64,000 nt of DNA from Camelus ferus (lineage: Eukaryota): positions 11,968,001 to 12,032,000 of the forward strand of contig NC_045698.1 in assembly GCF_009834535.1 (NCBI RefSeq). Direction: 5' to 3'. This document shows, piece after piece, positions 36,584 through 50,600 of the stretch; position 1 is the stretch's first letter; every line of letters begins with the position of its first letter. The notes under the pieces were generated by a model. It was given only the letters and a program-made list of their open reading frames with translations. It was not told the origin of the DNA and did not search any database. Made by a program: the position numbers and the translations under genes.

Positions 36584-37077
36584 CTAATGGCCTCCGAGCA
36601 GATTTGAAAGGAAGCCCGAAGACTTCCTGTTTTGCTGGGCTTCTTCCTCCTCGTCTTGTGAAAGTCCCAGTTCACTCTCAATCTGATCGAGCTCTGACTG
36701 GTCAAGTAGTTCAAAGTCATCACCTTCTTCCGTGTCTGTGTCCTCCCCCAGGCTGGGTGCAGCCTGCGACAGTGCGTGCTGCACGCCCCCTAACTGGTCT
36801 TTGATAGCAGCGGTCACTGCGGCAGTGATGACATCCCCAGCCAGGTTGCTCATCAAGTGAAAGGTCTGGTCACTGCCCAGGGGAAGGGTGAGACCAGCCG
36901 CTGACTGCCTCTCTTTGCTCGGCCTGGGACCACTGTCCAGCTGTTCCTTTTTTCTCCTGAGCTCAGTGGGCAAGCCAAGGCTTAATTCATCTTCATCATT
37001 TGTTCCCGTGCCATTTTCTAGAGAGGGAAAATCTGAAAGGTCTCGAGAGAAAACTTCCTCACTAGGTCGGTCGAGAT
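36584..37077 (-). CDS. RETREG1: RETREG1 (FAM134B) last exon, with LIR motif
   Basis: CAG acceptor; [20 protein letters not shown]...[22 protein letters not shown]...LSNLLGGH*; 494 nt. Confidence 0.97.
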
Positions 37078-37848
37078 CTGTGAAGGTCGAGAACAGAAGT
37101 TTATACTTAAGCACCGAAATACACTGGAAATAAGAGCGCTGTCTGCAAGATCCCTGACTTGGGTCCGAATCCTCTGGGCAACCCTGGTGTTCAGCTAGCC
37201 TCCTGGCTCAGCTTCAGTCATCTTAACCACACATCGGACCTCTCCCCCAACTGGGATACTGTCTCTCCACACGTACACAAACACGACATTCCCCCGTGTT
37301 CTTAGTTTTCCTCTTAAACACAAATGCTGATGACTTACAATTAACCTATCTTAACATCAGCTGAGGCTCTGACTAGAGTTTTAAATATTCACCGAAATTT
37401 CATCTTGCTCTTGGGGAGGGAATTTGTTCTTAAGCCAATGTGAATGTGTATCATCTAAAATTTAAAAATTTTTAGTCGGACGTTTTCATAGGTTTTGGTC
37501 CAGCAGATGTATCACCCAGCCTTCGCATTTTCATTCATGGAAATCTGAGTAACTGTAACTGTGTTTGTTTAAAGCAGTGAATTAAAAGAAGCTATTGCTC
37601 CTTCTGTTCCATATTCAACCTAAGAGCTTATGGAAACATCTGGATTTCCATGAATACAGCTGTACCTAACCATACCACTTTAACCAAACTCAGGTCTTGA
37701 ACATATATAGAAACACTTGAAGATTTGGGATATCTGAAAGCACTGTCAGGTTAGTAGGTAGATGGTGATTTTATTGCTTTTCACTTTTCACAGAAAATCA
37801 GTATAACAGTTAACTCTTTATAACAGAGATTTGAATTCTTCAGGTTAA

Positions 37849-37989
37849 CTTTGTTTTTTTTTGGGGGGGGGGTAGGGCAGGAGGTAATTAGGTTTGTTTA
37901 TTTGCTTATTTTAATGGAGGTACTGGGGATTGAACCCAGGACCTTGTGCATGCTAAGCACACGCTCTACCACTGAGCTGTACCCTCCCC
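37849..37989 (-). mobile_element. tRNA-derived SINE (camelid Vic-1-like)
   Basis: tRNA-like A/B boxes; 16-bp TSD gaattcttcag(g/t)ttaa at 37833-37848 and 37990-38005. Confidence 0.85.
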
Positions 37990-38814
37990 GAATTCTTCAG
38001 TTTAAGTAATGAAAGCCTTCTACATGGATGCGATTATCATTGCTCCTTTTGTGTAAATCTGAGATGGGGGGCTTAAGAACAGAGGGTTTGTTATTTATCC
38101 TGGTCTCGTAGACATTTTCAACTTAAAGAGCTTGAGAAGACTTCAGTGATCCTCTTGTTCTAATGCACTTTAAAGATGAGGAAATTGAGGTCCACAGAAA
38201 TTATGTCATTTGTTCAAGGTCATACAGTAAGTTAATGGCAAAAGCAAGGCTACACTTGGGTCTCCCAATCTCTGAATCTGTATTTTTTCAAGACTACACG
38301 GCCCTCCCCCTTCCTCAAGGAAAAGAAAGTGTGTTCTTGCTTGTAAAAATATATACAAAGCAATTTATTCATAATCCTCCATTATAATCTGTTTATATTT
38401 TCAGTATATTTTTCAGTACATTAAAATGACTTGAAATAATCCAATGAGACTAGCAAAAGTTAAGTTACTGCATAAGAATTGTCTCAAATTTCACTTTAAA
38501 TTGTATTTAACCTAATTTTTAAAAAGAAAATTAAAAAAAAAAAACTAACTTGGAAGAAAAACATGAGAAAGCCTGGAGTCAGCTTTGGATTCAGGAAACT
38601 TGCCCTCCCTGCACCGTCCCTCTGACCGAGGACCAGCCCTGAACACGCGGGATTAGCTTCTGTCCTCGCCGCTCCCATTACTGCTATCAGTAATGCCACC
38701 CGACATTCCAGAAGTTAATTTTTTTCACCATCAATTATTTGTTTCCAAAATAAAGGCAGGTTTGGACATTGACTGGCTTAGAGTTTTTCTCTCATACTCT
38801 TAAAAAGAAGATGG

Positions 38815-39200
38815 CTTTTGAGATATAATTCATATACTGTAAAATTTACCCTTTTAAAGTGTACAATGAAGTGGTTTTTAATATATTCACAAAGCTGTTA
38901 CAACCGCAGCACTATGTAATTCTAGAACATTTTCATCATCCAAAGAGGAACATATTCATTACCAGTCACCCACCACCCTCTCTTTCCTCAGCCCCTGGCA
39001 GTCACTAATCTTCTTCCCATCATATGGATTTGCCTGTTCTGGACGTTCCATATAAATGGAATTACATAATGTGTGGACTTGGGTGTCTGGCTTCTTGCAC
39101 TAGCATAACGTGTTCAAGGTTCATCCGTGTTGTCAAAGTGTCAGTTCTTCATTTTTATAGCCAAGTGATATTCCATTGTGTAAATATCCCACACTGTCCA
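38815..39200 (-). mobile_element. LINE-1 3' UTR fragment
   Basis: ttgagatataattcatatac...gatttgcctgttctggac...tcaaggttcatccgtgttg. Confidence 0.75.
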
Positions 39201-39280
39201 TTCAGCAATTGACAAAGTTAAAATACTTTTGCACGCACTCATAATAACAAGAATCAGAGCACCTAGGAGCATGGGCATAC

Positions 39281-39407
39281 CGTCAGAAGTGTCGGTCTGA
39301 GGAGTGTAGCCTTCTGAAAGGTTGAAGGTCCCATTGTCCGTCCAGGTGACCTCGGACACGTCTGTGTCAGACACAGACAACTCTTTGGCGGCAGTCGTGA
39401 GGCTAAT
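39281..39407 (-). CDS. RETREG1: RETREG1 exon 8
   Basis: AG/GT boundaries; [42 protein letters not shown]; 127 nt. Confidence 0.96.
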
Positions 39408-39644
39408 CTGTGTTAATACAAATACCAGTGACACAGTTTTAAACTTCTGCCGGAAATCTTTTGAAAAGATCCAACTAACACCAAAAATGTCAGAATAATA
39501 AACACCAGATGGGTATTTTCCTTTCGATATTGTTCAATCATCTTAGACAAATAGGAGGAGTCTATTAAAATCATTCCAGTTTTGCAATACATAAACTTAC
39601 AGTCAAACCACACAGGAACAAGTGGAAAACGAAACAAAAAATAC

Positions 39645-39709
39645 CTTAGGACAAAGAGCGGAAAAGTCTAATTCACTATCATCTTTGTGACTTTTTTCTT
39701 TATCTGCTT
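39645..39709 (-). CDS. RETREG1: RETREG1 exon 7
   Basis: AG/GT boundaries; [21 protein letters not shown]; 65 nt. Confidence 0.94.
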
Positions 39710-39878
39710 CTGTTGAGAAAAAATGGAAGCTTTCAGATTCCTAGACACAGTGTATTTTACCCCTTATATACCCTTACCCCATATTCCTCAGATTCTCCAG
39801 TGCCTCTGTATAACTGTTTGCACCTGACAAGCTGCCCATAAGTGCAAATGTTTGGTTTCCAAGCGAAACGGTCCATGT

Positions 39879-40063
39879 CAGTAGTTCACCAAGTGTAGTC
39901 CTGGAACCAGCAGCATCAGCATCACTGGGAACCTTTTAGAAGTGCAAATTCCCTGCCCCCCCCCCCAGGCCAGATGAATCAGAAATTCCGAGGTGGTGCC
40001 CAGCAATCTGCTTTCATACGCTCTGGAGATGATTCGGATGCTCACTATAGTTTGCGAATCTAT
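39879..40063. mobile_element. MER5A-like DNA transposon
   Basis: cagtagttcaccaagtgtagtcc..accagcagcatcagcatcac..gaatcagaaattc..cccagcaatctg. Confidence 0.75.
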
Positions 40064-40465
40064 AAGGTCATAAGCCAAGTGAAAAAGTGAAAAAGGACCA
40101 CATTACTTTTCCCTCTGTTTTCTTTGCCTTCCTCTTAAATGGCTCCCACACTCAGCACTACCTGTATCATGTGTTATTTCCATGAGTCCACCCAAAGGAA
40201 AACAATTTAGAGGACGTGAATAGTAAGTAGCAAACAGAACTGTTGAAGCCCTTTCTCCCTCCCCTGGCAAAGCTGATCAAAAAGTCGATTTTCTGTATGT
40301 TTGAGAAAAAAATTAAAGCTTAAATAGGAAAAGGCTAGGGATTTGCTCCTGTAATATGTAGTAAAAGACTGAAACACCCTGAAATGTATTAAAGGTGATT
40401 TCATAATAAATAGCCAACTGATGTCTCATCTCACGCGTGGAATCCAGAATTCAAATGTTACCTAC

Positions 40466-40603
40466 CGGCTCTCTCGCGTTTCTTCTGGTTAATATATTCT
40501 CTGATTCCAAAATCTAGTTTCAGCAGAAATGACTTGATTTTGCTGTATATTTTTTGTCCAATATCATTACACTTTAACAGTGGGCACAAAAATGCACACA
40601 GTA
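40466..40603 (-). CDS. RETREG1: RETREG1 exon 6
   Basis: AG/GT boundaries; [45 protein letters not shown]; 138 nt. Confidence 0.96.
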
Positions 40604-40786
40604 CTGAAATACAAGGAAGAAGAGAATTTAGGGAGACTGACCTTTTTTTCAAAAGGCTACATCTTAGTATTTCTCAAAAATATTTTGGTTCCCTTACTGA
40701 CCAATAGGTGTTTTTTCTTAGGGAAATGCCTCTGTGAAATAAATTCATAGTTTCTATTCTTCCCTTTGCAATGGAAACATTTTCTC

Positions 40787-40789
<3 letters not shown>

Positions 40790-40830
<41 letters not shown>
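40790..40830. repeat. (CA)n microsatellite
   Basis: About 20 CA units. Confidence 0.95.
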
Positions 40831-40832
<2 letters not shown>

Positions 40833-40869
40833 ACCCCACTCAACTTGGCTTCTCCCACTCAACTTAATT

Positions 40870-41285
40870 AGAGATTTATCCAGATTGTTGCATGTATCAA
40901 TTTTTCAGTGCTGAGTAGTAATCCATTGTAAGGATATACCACAGTTTGTTTACCCGTATATCCATTGATGGACATATGAATTGTCTTCTGGTTTTGGCTA
41001 TTACAAATAAAGCTGCTTATGAACATTTGTGGACAAGTCTCTGTGTAGGTAGATGCTTTCTTTTCTCTTGGGTGGAATACCTGCTGTGGAATGGCTGGGT
41101 CACATAGTAGTTTTTAAGAATCTACCAAACTGTTACCCAAAATGGTGGTTCCATTCTACCTACCCACCCACAATGCAGGAGCATTGCAGTTGCTCCATAT
41201 CATTGCTAATACTTAATACAGTCAGCATTTTCATTTCAGCCATTTTGGTGGGGGTACAATGATGTCTCATTGGGGTTTTAATTAT
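40870..41285 (-). mobile_element. LINE-1 fragment
   Basis: ccattgatggacat..ttttggctattacaaataaagctg..gaatggctgggtca..cagccattttggtggg. Confidence 0.75.
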
Positions 41286-41609
41286 TTTTTCAGCTGCAGA
41301 TCATGTACAAGGGGAAAAGTACTAGTGTGCTTGTCGGGGGTGGAGAATATAGCTTACTTACAGTTTTATTGACATAATTTAAAATTAATCACTTATAACC
41401 TTGCTTTTTGACAGCTATTCTTATAATTTTGAAACAGAAACATGTCTCTAGAAAAAGAGAAACTTTGTACAGCAGGAAATTAAAGAATAATCAACTTGTT
41501 TTATAATCAAGAACGCATCCCTCCTCTTCAAAACTATGGAAGATCTTGTCGACCATAAAATGATACCGTATGTGTCACATACATTAGTCACATGTTCTAC
41601 TATACTTAC

Positions 41610-41694
41610 ACAGTAGATAGCTGAGTATAACCCCAGGAATGTAGCTTCCCAAGATCGTAAAAAATGTGCACACACTGCAGACCAGGAGACAAAA
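41610..41694 (-). CDS. RETREG1: RETREG1 exon 5 (reticulon-homology hydrophobic segment)
   Basis: AG/GT boundaries; [28 protein letters not shown]; 85 nt. Confidence 0.95.
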
Positions 41695-42515
41695 CTAGAA
41701 ATAACAGAAGTAACATGTGACCGTTATGCGTAACACCAAGACGTTTCAGAGCACAGGATACACACACAATTTCTCATCTATATTTGATCTATCATGTTAT
41801 GGCAAATGTTTTTCAAACAGTGTTCTTTTGCACTTAAATCTGATTAATGACTGCTGTTTGATCTTAGCCACTTTCACATTCAGTAATAACCATTTCTAGG
41901 TTCCTGAAGCTGATCTCTGGCACGGAGAATAACGTCTCCCATTAATCACGCCTGCAGCTGTATCACGGACAGTGCAAGAGGCTGGAAGAGTAGTATGTGC
42001 CCAGAAACTTCTTTTTCTCAGGATCACTCACTGAAAACAGTGCAGGCCAATAACGAAAGCTGCAAGTTCAAACTACTTCTGTAAGTCCATGGAAGTTCAT
42101 AAACACAGCAAAACATGTTATAGAAATTAGAGGTATTTACATAAACACAATGGTAGTTTGCACAGCTGACAAGCGGCTGGGATAAATCTACTGGCCATGA
42201 CTACCCTCCTTCTAACCACATCCATTCCCTCAAGTTGACCCCACTTCTAGGTCGCCTAGAAGCCAATGGCAAACGAAATCAATCCTACAGTGAAATTTGA
42301 TTATGTTCTTTCTCTCTGTCAGTTACGGCCAAAAGAATCTTGGTTGTTTTAAGAAATTTAAATATCAAGGCAGAAAAAATCCTCCCATAAAATCTCCACT
42401 TCTTTTCCCACACTCTGTTCTTAAAAATAAACTATCTTACTTCTTTGCTTTATCTTTAAATTATGGCACTAAATTTAACTGATAAAGAAAATTCATTAAG
42501 TGAATTTCAAAACCA

Positions 42516-42650
42516 GTGGGGAGGGCATAACTCAAGTGGTAGAGCACATGCTTAGCACATAGGAAGTCCTGGGTTCAGTCCCCAGTACCTCCTCCAAAAA
42601 TAAGTAAACTTAATTACCTTCCCCCAAAATAAAAACCTAAGGAAAAAAGG
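42516..42650 (+). mobile_element. tRNA-derived SINE (camelid Vic-1-like)
   Basis: ggggagggcataactcaagtggtagagc...gtcctgggttcagtccccagtacctcc; 14-bp TSD gaatttcaaaacca at 42502-42515 and 42651-42664. Confidence 0.85.
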
Positions 42651-43717
42651 GAATTTCAAAACCACACACGAGGAAAGGAGACCTAAATCTCTGATCAATG
42701 ATTGATTACAAGAACCCTCGGGGGGGAGTCTAAAATTCAGATTAATTTTAATTTTTCATTCTTTGGCACAGGGTTAATAAATTCACTAGCAAAAAGGAAA
42801 ATAGATGAACTTGTTGGAACAAAATTAAGAGCTATTTCTCAAACATCAGGGGCACTGAAGAATATGGAATTCTAATAGCAAAATGGAAGAGGAAAGACCA
42901 TAAAAGTTAAAAGAATAAAGAAAAGCATTACTATATCCAGAATCCAGTTTCACAAAAGGGATTTCATATTATTCGCTAAATTTGTAGCATCACCATCTTA
43001 GGCTAATTGACTTGGGGTGTGTTAATGCCCTCCAATGCAGAAGTTTTAAGTACAGAATCTTCTAAAAATGCATTTAATCATTTCAGTAAAATAAGCATCA
43101 AAAGTACAACTCACCTCCCCCTACCCCCATGTGGATATCTATTCTAAAAACTGCCTTCAGATTTAAAAAATTTGTCCATATACAATGCTGCAATGTTAAT
43201 GTGCTCAAAAATGTGTCCACGTATAGTTCTGTTACTCAATACCATTGAAGTTAAGAGATTTCCCAGTAACGTGGTACAAAGAGAGGGTAACGCGAAAGTT
43301 CCTAGGTTCTTCCTTCCAACTACAGGTGGACATTCAAGAAACATGACTACAACACTGGAAGGGAGGGAGTGTCCTGATGTCCCTGGACCTCACCTGTGCT
43401 ATCAAGGTCAGCTGGAGCCGCCTCTGCACATAAAAATACTACAAATGGGTGCACTTCTCCGCACAGTCCCTTTCAAACCACCCTTGACTTTCCTCCTAGT
43501 GGGTTTTCATATTAATTGGAAAAATACTCATTTCACTTATATAATCACTATAGATGTTTCTGCCAAAGATTTTCTTTCTTAAGTAAATCATATAAGAATC
43601 TCCACTTTTTGGATTGAAAGTGAGACTCAGATACCTCCAAAAGCATCCTCCAAGGGCTGTGTGTTCATTTTATCTCCCTTTGACTTCAAAACCAGCCTAT
43701 CGAGGTTAAATAAGTGT

Positions 43718-43935
43718 TTTTAATTGAAGCATAGTTGATTTACAATGTGTTAGTTTCTGGTATACAGCACAGTGATTTGGTTATACATATATATATTCTT
43801 TTTCACTATAGGCTATTACAAGGTATTGAATATAGTTCCCTGTGCCGTACAGTAGGCCCTTGTTGTTCATCTGTTTTATGTATAGTAGTGTGTATCTGCA
43901 AACCCCAAACTCCTAATTTACCCCTCCCCTTCCTT
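43718..43935 (-). mobile_element. LINE-1 3' end fragment
   Basis: ttaattgaagcatagttgatttacaatg...aatatagttccctgtgc. Confidence 0.75.
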
Positions 43936-44252
43936 TAAAACTGAAATTTCCAATAACACATTTTTTTCTCCTTGGTCTGGCTGAGAAGACCAATCGCCAT
44001 TCATTTTAGTTAATAAGCTCCATAAATATATATAAAATAGGAAACCAAGCCAATTGCAAAACATAAGGTTGAGGATTTCCTAGTGCTAACACACTAATAT
44101 TTCTGGACCTATCAGTTTTTGTGGCACGGGTTCCCAGTATCTTATACAGAGAACTGGAGAATCCATACAAGCTGATACAATCGGTTAATACGCTGGTTTC
44201 CCATTGCACATTTTAAAGCACACACATCATTCTCCTTTCCTGGAAAACTTGC

Positions 44253-44379
44253 CTTGCCGGGGCTCTGCTGTTTAAAAAGAGACATTTCTTGAAGAAATAG
44301 GCTGAAATTCATCCATGATTCTGCAATACAGTGGCTGAGCCCAGGTCTCTCATCTGGTTTGGAATTGATAACTTCCCAG
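44253..44379 (-). CDS. RETREG1: RETREG1 exon 4 (GC donor)
   Basis: TAG acceptor; [42 protein letters not shown]; donor AAG|GCAAGT; 127 nt; no upstream exons found in the window. Confidence 0.94.
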
Positions 44380-47049
44380 CTAAAGAGAGAAAAAGAAAAG
44401 AAAAAATTGTAACTGAACTTGGGACGATTCACTCAACATTCTTTATTTCAGCAAATATATATATTGAGCGCCTACTAGTGGTCACATTCCCTGGCTCCGT
44501 GACGCTGTGTGACTTCAGAGATGAACAAGCCAGACACCTGTCTAAGGAAGCACACACAACAAGAGAAGAAACGCAGGCTAAGCACCGAGTTCCACAATGA
44601 TCTGGTCACAGCGAAGGAAAAGTCTACGGGGAGGGCTTTAGGACATCTTCGCTGAAGATGTCACCTGTATGCTGCAATCTGGATTTGCGCTATTTACCAT
44701 AATGGCTTGGAAGGGTTCCAGACAGAACCTCACACAGCACATGCAAGAGGCCCTGGCGTGAGGAGGAGCTGGAGCCAGTGTGACAGCAGCAGAGCGGACC
44801 AGAGAGTAACTCCAGTAAGAACCTGGGACGGCAGGAAGGGACCTAATCATACAGGGCCTTCTGGGACGTGTAATCATTTTAAACTTAAGGATAGGGAAGC
44901 CACAGTACTTTTAAAGACACCTTGGCTTTAAACTTATCACCATCAACATCATGAACACCAACAAGGCATTTTCAGTATACAGCTGATCCTTGCAAAACAC
45001 CGCAGTTAATCCGCCTATAATTTATTGTCGGCCCCTCGTATCTGCGGTTCCTCTGCATCCGCAGATTTAACCAGTGACACACCCTGTAGTATTTACTGAA
45101 AAACATCCACTATATGTGGATCCATGCAGTTCAAATGCGAGTTGTTCAAGGGTCAACTCCACACTAGGGCTGGTTAACTCAACAGAAAATTGTTAACTCA
45201 ACAGGATCTCACAATATCCGGCACTTTTCTAGCCTGTCTTTTCCTGATCATCATCATAGAATGTGCTGAACGTGGTGCACGTGCCAGGCGTAGTGCTGTG
45301 GGTCCCGCCCTCATTTCTCCACAGGAGACTCAGTCAACTAAAAACTAGCAGCAGCCGCTCCAGGAAGAAGACATGCAAATACTGGGCCGTTCCTAAAGTT
45401 ACAATGACGTCAAGTTCAAATCCCACCCTTGCAATCCTAGCACATCACCTAAACATACCAGTTCAAACAAGCTCTGTTAAGGGTCCCCAAATTCTTTCAT
45501 TTCATGGATAATTTTCAGCGCCTACCACGTGGAAGGCACTGCCACAGAGCTAAGGAAATGACACTAGCTAAACAAACGTGTCTAGTAGAGGACAGAGATC
45601 GTTAGTGAAGTGTCATCTGAGCTATGACTGCGAGGGCACGGGGTGGGGGGGATCGATCTCCTACCCAGAAATTATGTCCATATAGATTCTGTTTCTTTTT
45701 AGTAAAGTTTCAACACAAAGGTAATTTGTAAATTCAATAATTCAATTTCCTTTTTAATATAAATTTGAAGTTATATTTAAGTAAGTGCAATAGCATTAAA
45801 AAAGAAATAAAAAATATTTCTTGCCCTGCCTCTTTGTTCTTTCAGCCTTAGCTAGTTCTCTGCCGGAGAGTTTCTGAGCAGCCAGGTGTCCAGGCGGATG
45901 CCAGCCCACCAGGCAGGCACTGGCCAAATGATTTCCTGACTGTGGTGAGAAATGAACTTTCAGGGACGTTTAGCTATAGTTTATGTATTCATTAACTCTA
46001 CCCACTCTTGAATCACCGAGCAAGGCTGTTTACATCAGTGACCAAGTGTAGCCCTGGGTTTGCATATCCTACGAATGATTCCAGACCTATTAAAAGAAAC
46101 AGTAAGTGTGTGGCTAGGAGGCCACTATCTGTAACACAGTCTTGCCAGTATGTCAGTTTAATGGGAAAAGATATTGTACAGGAAAGTCAAAGCCAAAATG
46201 GTTATTAAACTGTGGCTTTCTTTCTAGAACAATGTAGACTTGTTATAAATTGTCAAGGGTACACTAGTGTAATGGGACCACAAAGATGACAGAAATGCAG
46301 ATTTAAATTTCGGTTCTCTATGCATATTGAGTAGTAATTTAGGATTTGGTTGAACCGTTTGGCAAATATACTTATAACAAAAATCAACAAAAAACTTATA
46401 ATGGAATGGAACTATTTGATTATTATTTTAATGATTTCAATGGGATGAATGAACATTTTGTATTTTGACACAAATTTAAAATACACTTTCATTAGGATAA
46501 TGAACAAATCAAGTGAGTTGCCTTCAAACAATGGAAGATGGAACAGCAGTGGAAATGAAGGAACTCAGACTCCATGTCTGTACATGAACCTCAGGATCAT
46601 AAGATTGAGAGGAAAGAAATCACAGAAGAACAAGACACAGAATGATTTCATTTACATAAAGCTCAAAATCACACTAACAGTTATTAAGCAAGGAAATGAT
46701 AAAAAAAAAACCAAACCAAAACAAACAAGATTCAGGAGAGGGGTTACCCCAGGTGGGGGGATCCAGGGAGCAAGACTGGAGATGACAAGTAGGAGTTTCT
46801 TGGGTATTTGTCACTTTCTGTTTCTTAAATTAGGTGCCGAATAAACGAAACCTGACTCACCAGTCCTTAAAGCTACACATATCTACACACGGATACACAG
46901 ATGGCCTTTATTTAAAAACTCCTTGATACTTAAATGTATAGTCATGTTTTTTACTTAATGAATAACATTCTTACATGAGTATATTTCACTTCACATCCTA
47001 TAGTCAAAATACAAATATTACTGAAGTTTTTGCTTCAGTTTATTTCTTT

Positions 47050-47625
47050 TGTCTCCAGCTTTATTGCGATGTAGTTGACAAACAGCACTACGTAAGTTTA
47101 AGGTGGATGGCGTAATGATCTGACGTACACACAGCATGGAAATGATGAGCACAACAAGTTTGGTGATAATCCATCATTTCGCACAGATACAACATTAAAG
47201 AAACAGAAAAATACATATTTTTCCCTGGGATGAGCACTCTGAGGATTTACTCTCTTAACAACTTTCACATATAACATAGAGCAGCGTTCACTGTATTCAT
47301 CATACTGTGCATTATGTCCCTAGCACTTATTTAGTTTATAACTAAAAGCTGGTACCTTTTGACTGCCTTCATCCAATTCCCCATCCGCCACCTCTGGTAA
47401 CCACAAATCTGGTCTGTTTTTCTATGAGTTTCCTGGTTTGCTTATTTGTTTGTTTTTGAAGCATAATTCACCTACAACACTATGTTAGTTCCTGGTACAC
47501 AACATAGTGATTTGACATTTCCATATATTTTTAAATGATCGCCGTGATTGAGTCTAGTGTGTGATCATCCGTCACATACAAAGACATCACACAGTCACTG
47601 ACTTTCCCCCCACACTGGGCAGCCA
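47050..47625 (-). mobile_element. LINE-1 3' UTR fragments
   Basis: ccagctttattg..gttgaca..gatttactctcttaacaactttca..ctctggtaaccacaaatct. Confidence 0.7.
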
Positions 47626-50600
47626 GCACTGGTGATGCTTCAGTTACTTTACTTGTGAAGCAAGGGGCTCTGTCCTTGCCCCTCTGCCCTGTGCTCCAGG
47701 GGGCGGGGGGGACCCGTGTATGCTCTGGGAATGGGCTGCCAGCCCAGCTCCGGGGGGACAGCCCCTCTGCCATGCGATTTGTGCCTCAAGGCTCTGCCCT
47801 CCTCGCTTAGGACCTCAGACCAGCTGTCTCCTGTGGGGCAGCCCTGTCCCAGTGGAACCAAACCCGAATTCCTGGGGCTGGGCAGAGCTGCTCCACAGGA
47901 CCCTAGGGTCATGACAATGAGGGGACAGTGGACCAACCTAATCCATAGCCAAGAAGAACAGTTTCTTCTGGCTTGAGCCATGAAAAACAGTGTTTTGAAT
48001 ACATGGTACTTTGAATACATAGGTGCTGGGACCTTGTTCTAATCCTACCTCTGGGATTCATGTCTCAGAAGTGACACCCCACTTGTAAACATATTTTACT
48101 ACTCAAGTAAGTGAATGTCCTAAAATTAGAAAAGAGCCTAGTCTAATACTAAATTACTTAAAATTACCTAAATTATGCTATAGAGACAATGTTATAGCAA
48201 AGTGCTTAATACATATTACAGTGAAGAAACTAAACTTTGTTTTGTATTTACAGATCTTACCCATCTTCATGGTGGATTTCAAGGGGACATAAAGACACTT
48301 CAGTATCCATCCATCACCTTATCCATTGATTCAATAAAAAGTTACCAAGTTCCCTTCATGTCTTACATTATACTTGGTGTGCTGTATTGTCATTTTAAAC
48401 CAACAAAAACTGAATACCCGCAGCACTGTTCTCTGTGTCCATAGATGCCACTTGTTAGTGGGACGAGGGAACATGGGAATATTCACCCTGTGGATGTCTT
48501 CCATAGCCATAAGACACTCCATAGTAAATCTCTACCATTTGGAAGAAGCCTCATGTGACAGTACTTTGGGACAATAAATTCCATTATTACTTACATTTAT
48601 GTTAAAAAAATAGCCTTAAACAATTCCAATGATTTCTGAATTACTGTTACAATCACAAACAGAAATAAGAAATTCCCGTGTAAATCATGCAAATATTATC
48701 TAATCAAATGGGTTTTGGAAAGAGTAGTAAATGTTTAGTAAACTAAAACTAAAAAAACTACTAAAATAAATGTATAGATCATCCTGAATAAAACTTAATG
48801 GAAATATGTATGGTTTAAGAAGAAAATCTGGATTCAAGGGCAAAGAAGAGATGTCAATCTACACTTCTTTAAATGAAACACGGACCTAGAAGGGTCATTT
48901 TCTGTGTTTCATAATAGTTTTAAATTGCCCAGTAATTAATATTGATTGTCTATTTCTATTGTCTTCCATTATATATAGTCTACCATTAACTTATATGTCA
49001 CCATGGTTCAATTTCTGTAATATAGGTACAGAAGGTATTTGAATAATGTAGTTATATAATTGAGAATGGAATGAGAAAACTGACATCAACTTTTCAAATT
49101 CCTGTACTTTAGATGAGGAACATGACACACGTTTTCTCAGTTAGCTCGAGGCCAAGACTCCTGATTTCCAATACAGTCCTCTTCCCTTTGAAACATGTTT
49201 CCTCTCCAGAGGAAGAGTAAATTCAATGACATCCTTGGAAGACACCACATATTGCAGTTTAGAACAAGAAGGAACATACGATGTTCCTCCTCACTCCTTT
49301 CTTAGAGTCAAGAAGAATGAAGTGTGGTCGACCAAGACCAGCATGGCATCGTTTGGGACCCACCCTTCCCAGAAAAATGAAAAAAAAAAAAAAGAAAGAG
49401 CACTTCCTGTGCAGCATCCAAATAGTCATCGGAAAGGAAGATGAATGGTTGGTTCACGATTAGTACGGGGACATCCATGCACACGCGTGCGTGCATACAC
49501 ACACACACACACACACAGGCTCTGAGTTGCTCCATGGTAAGACTCTAGGTTTTCCTAAAGAGTCTTGTCTGGAAAACACACAACCAGAGATAGAATCTCC
49601 TGTGAATACTGGACGATGCTGGGGAAACAGATCTTTTACATGGTGTGTGGCTGTCTTCCCACCACCCTTGGCACTGGTCAACGTGCAATGCAAGGTCCAA
49701 CCAACAGAAAAGGAGGCTGAAAATCAGTGAGAACCTTTACCAAGTTCTTCACCGAAAAGTGTAGGTCCTCCACAATTGAAGCTCATCCAAGGGAGAAAAT
49801 GAGCTTCCAATGGCTTTAGTATTACTACTTCCAGGGCTCTTTTCTTGAACTCCATAGTTTCAGAGAGAACATGCATATTCCAGATTCAAAGGAAAGTATG
49901 GTTCTTTTGGGAAGTAAGCTTCTTTCTTTCCTTCCTTCCTCCTACCCTCACTTCCTTCCTTCCTTCCAGCTAGTTTTCTCTCCCCACCTGCCCTCCTTCC
50001 TGAAGCACACTCTGGCCACGGAATAAGGACCACTGAAGAGTCCCTGCTCATGGCTATCAGCGCCACCTTCCCAGACTCTCAGAGGATCCAGTTCCCACGG
50101 CTCCCAGTGAGAAGCCACACCTCCCAGCCGTCCCAGGGCCACGCCGTCCTCCACACGGGCTCGGCCCAAGGGTCCGCAGCTGTGCAGAGCTTTCCAGAAA
50201 AGCCACCAAACCGAGGCCCCTGGCAGTCCATTTAGTTACATTTTCCGTCCTAAGAGAAACTAAAGGACAGATTTTTAACAGAGGATATTCTGCATGGTCA
50301 AGATAAGCGGTCATTTACTGAAGAACCAATTTCTGGTTCCACCCTGTATGAGAAGCTCTAAGGGAATAAGAATTAAAAAGATGACTCTTCAGACAAGTGG
50401 CCTCACTTTATCACAGAAGGGAGCTCTGGCTTCCTGGCAGAATCAGACGCTGACATCCCTTCTTTCTGCCCCCATGTCCCCGTAAGGATACAATTAGGCA
50501 TATATATTAGATGTTCCAGCCGAAGTAATCTCTTTAGGCAGTTCTCACATGGAAAGTGTGTGTAAACCGCAAGGCACTGTTTAGACAGCAGCCTCGTGGC

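Noticed and set aside
42516..42595. tRNA-like sequence (also about 37915-37989 and 18186-18248)
   Set aside because: Two copies have TSDs and tails and all have degenerate stems; these are SINEs, not tRNA genes.
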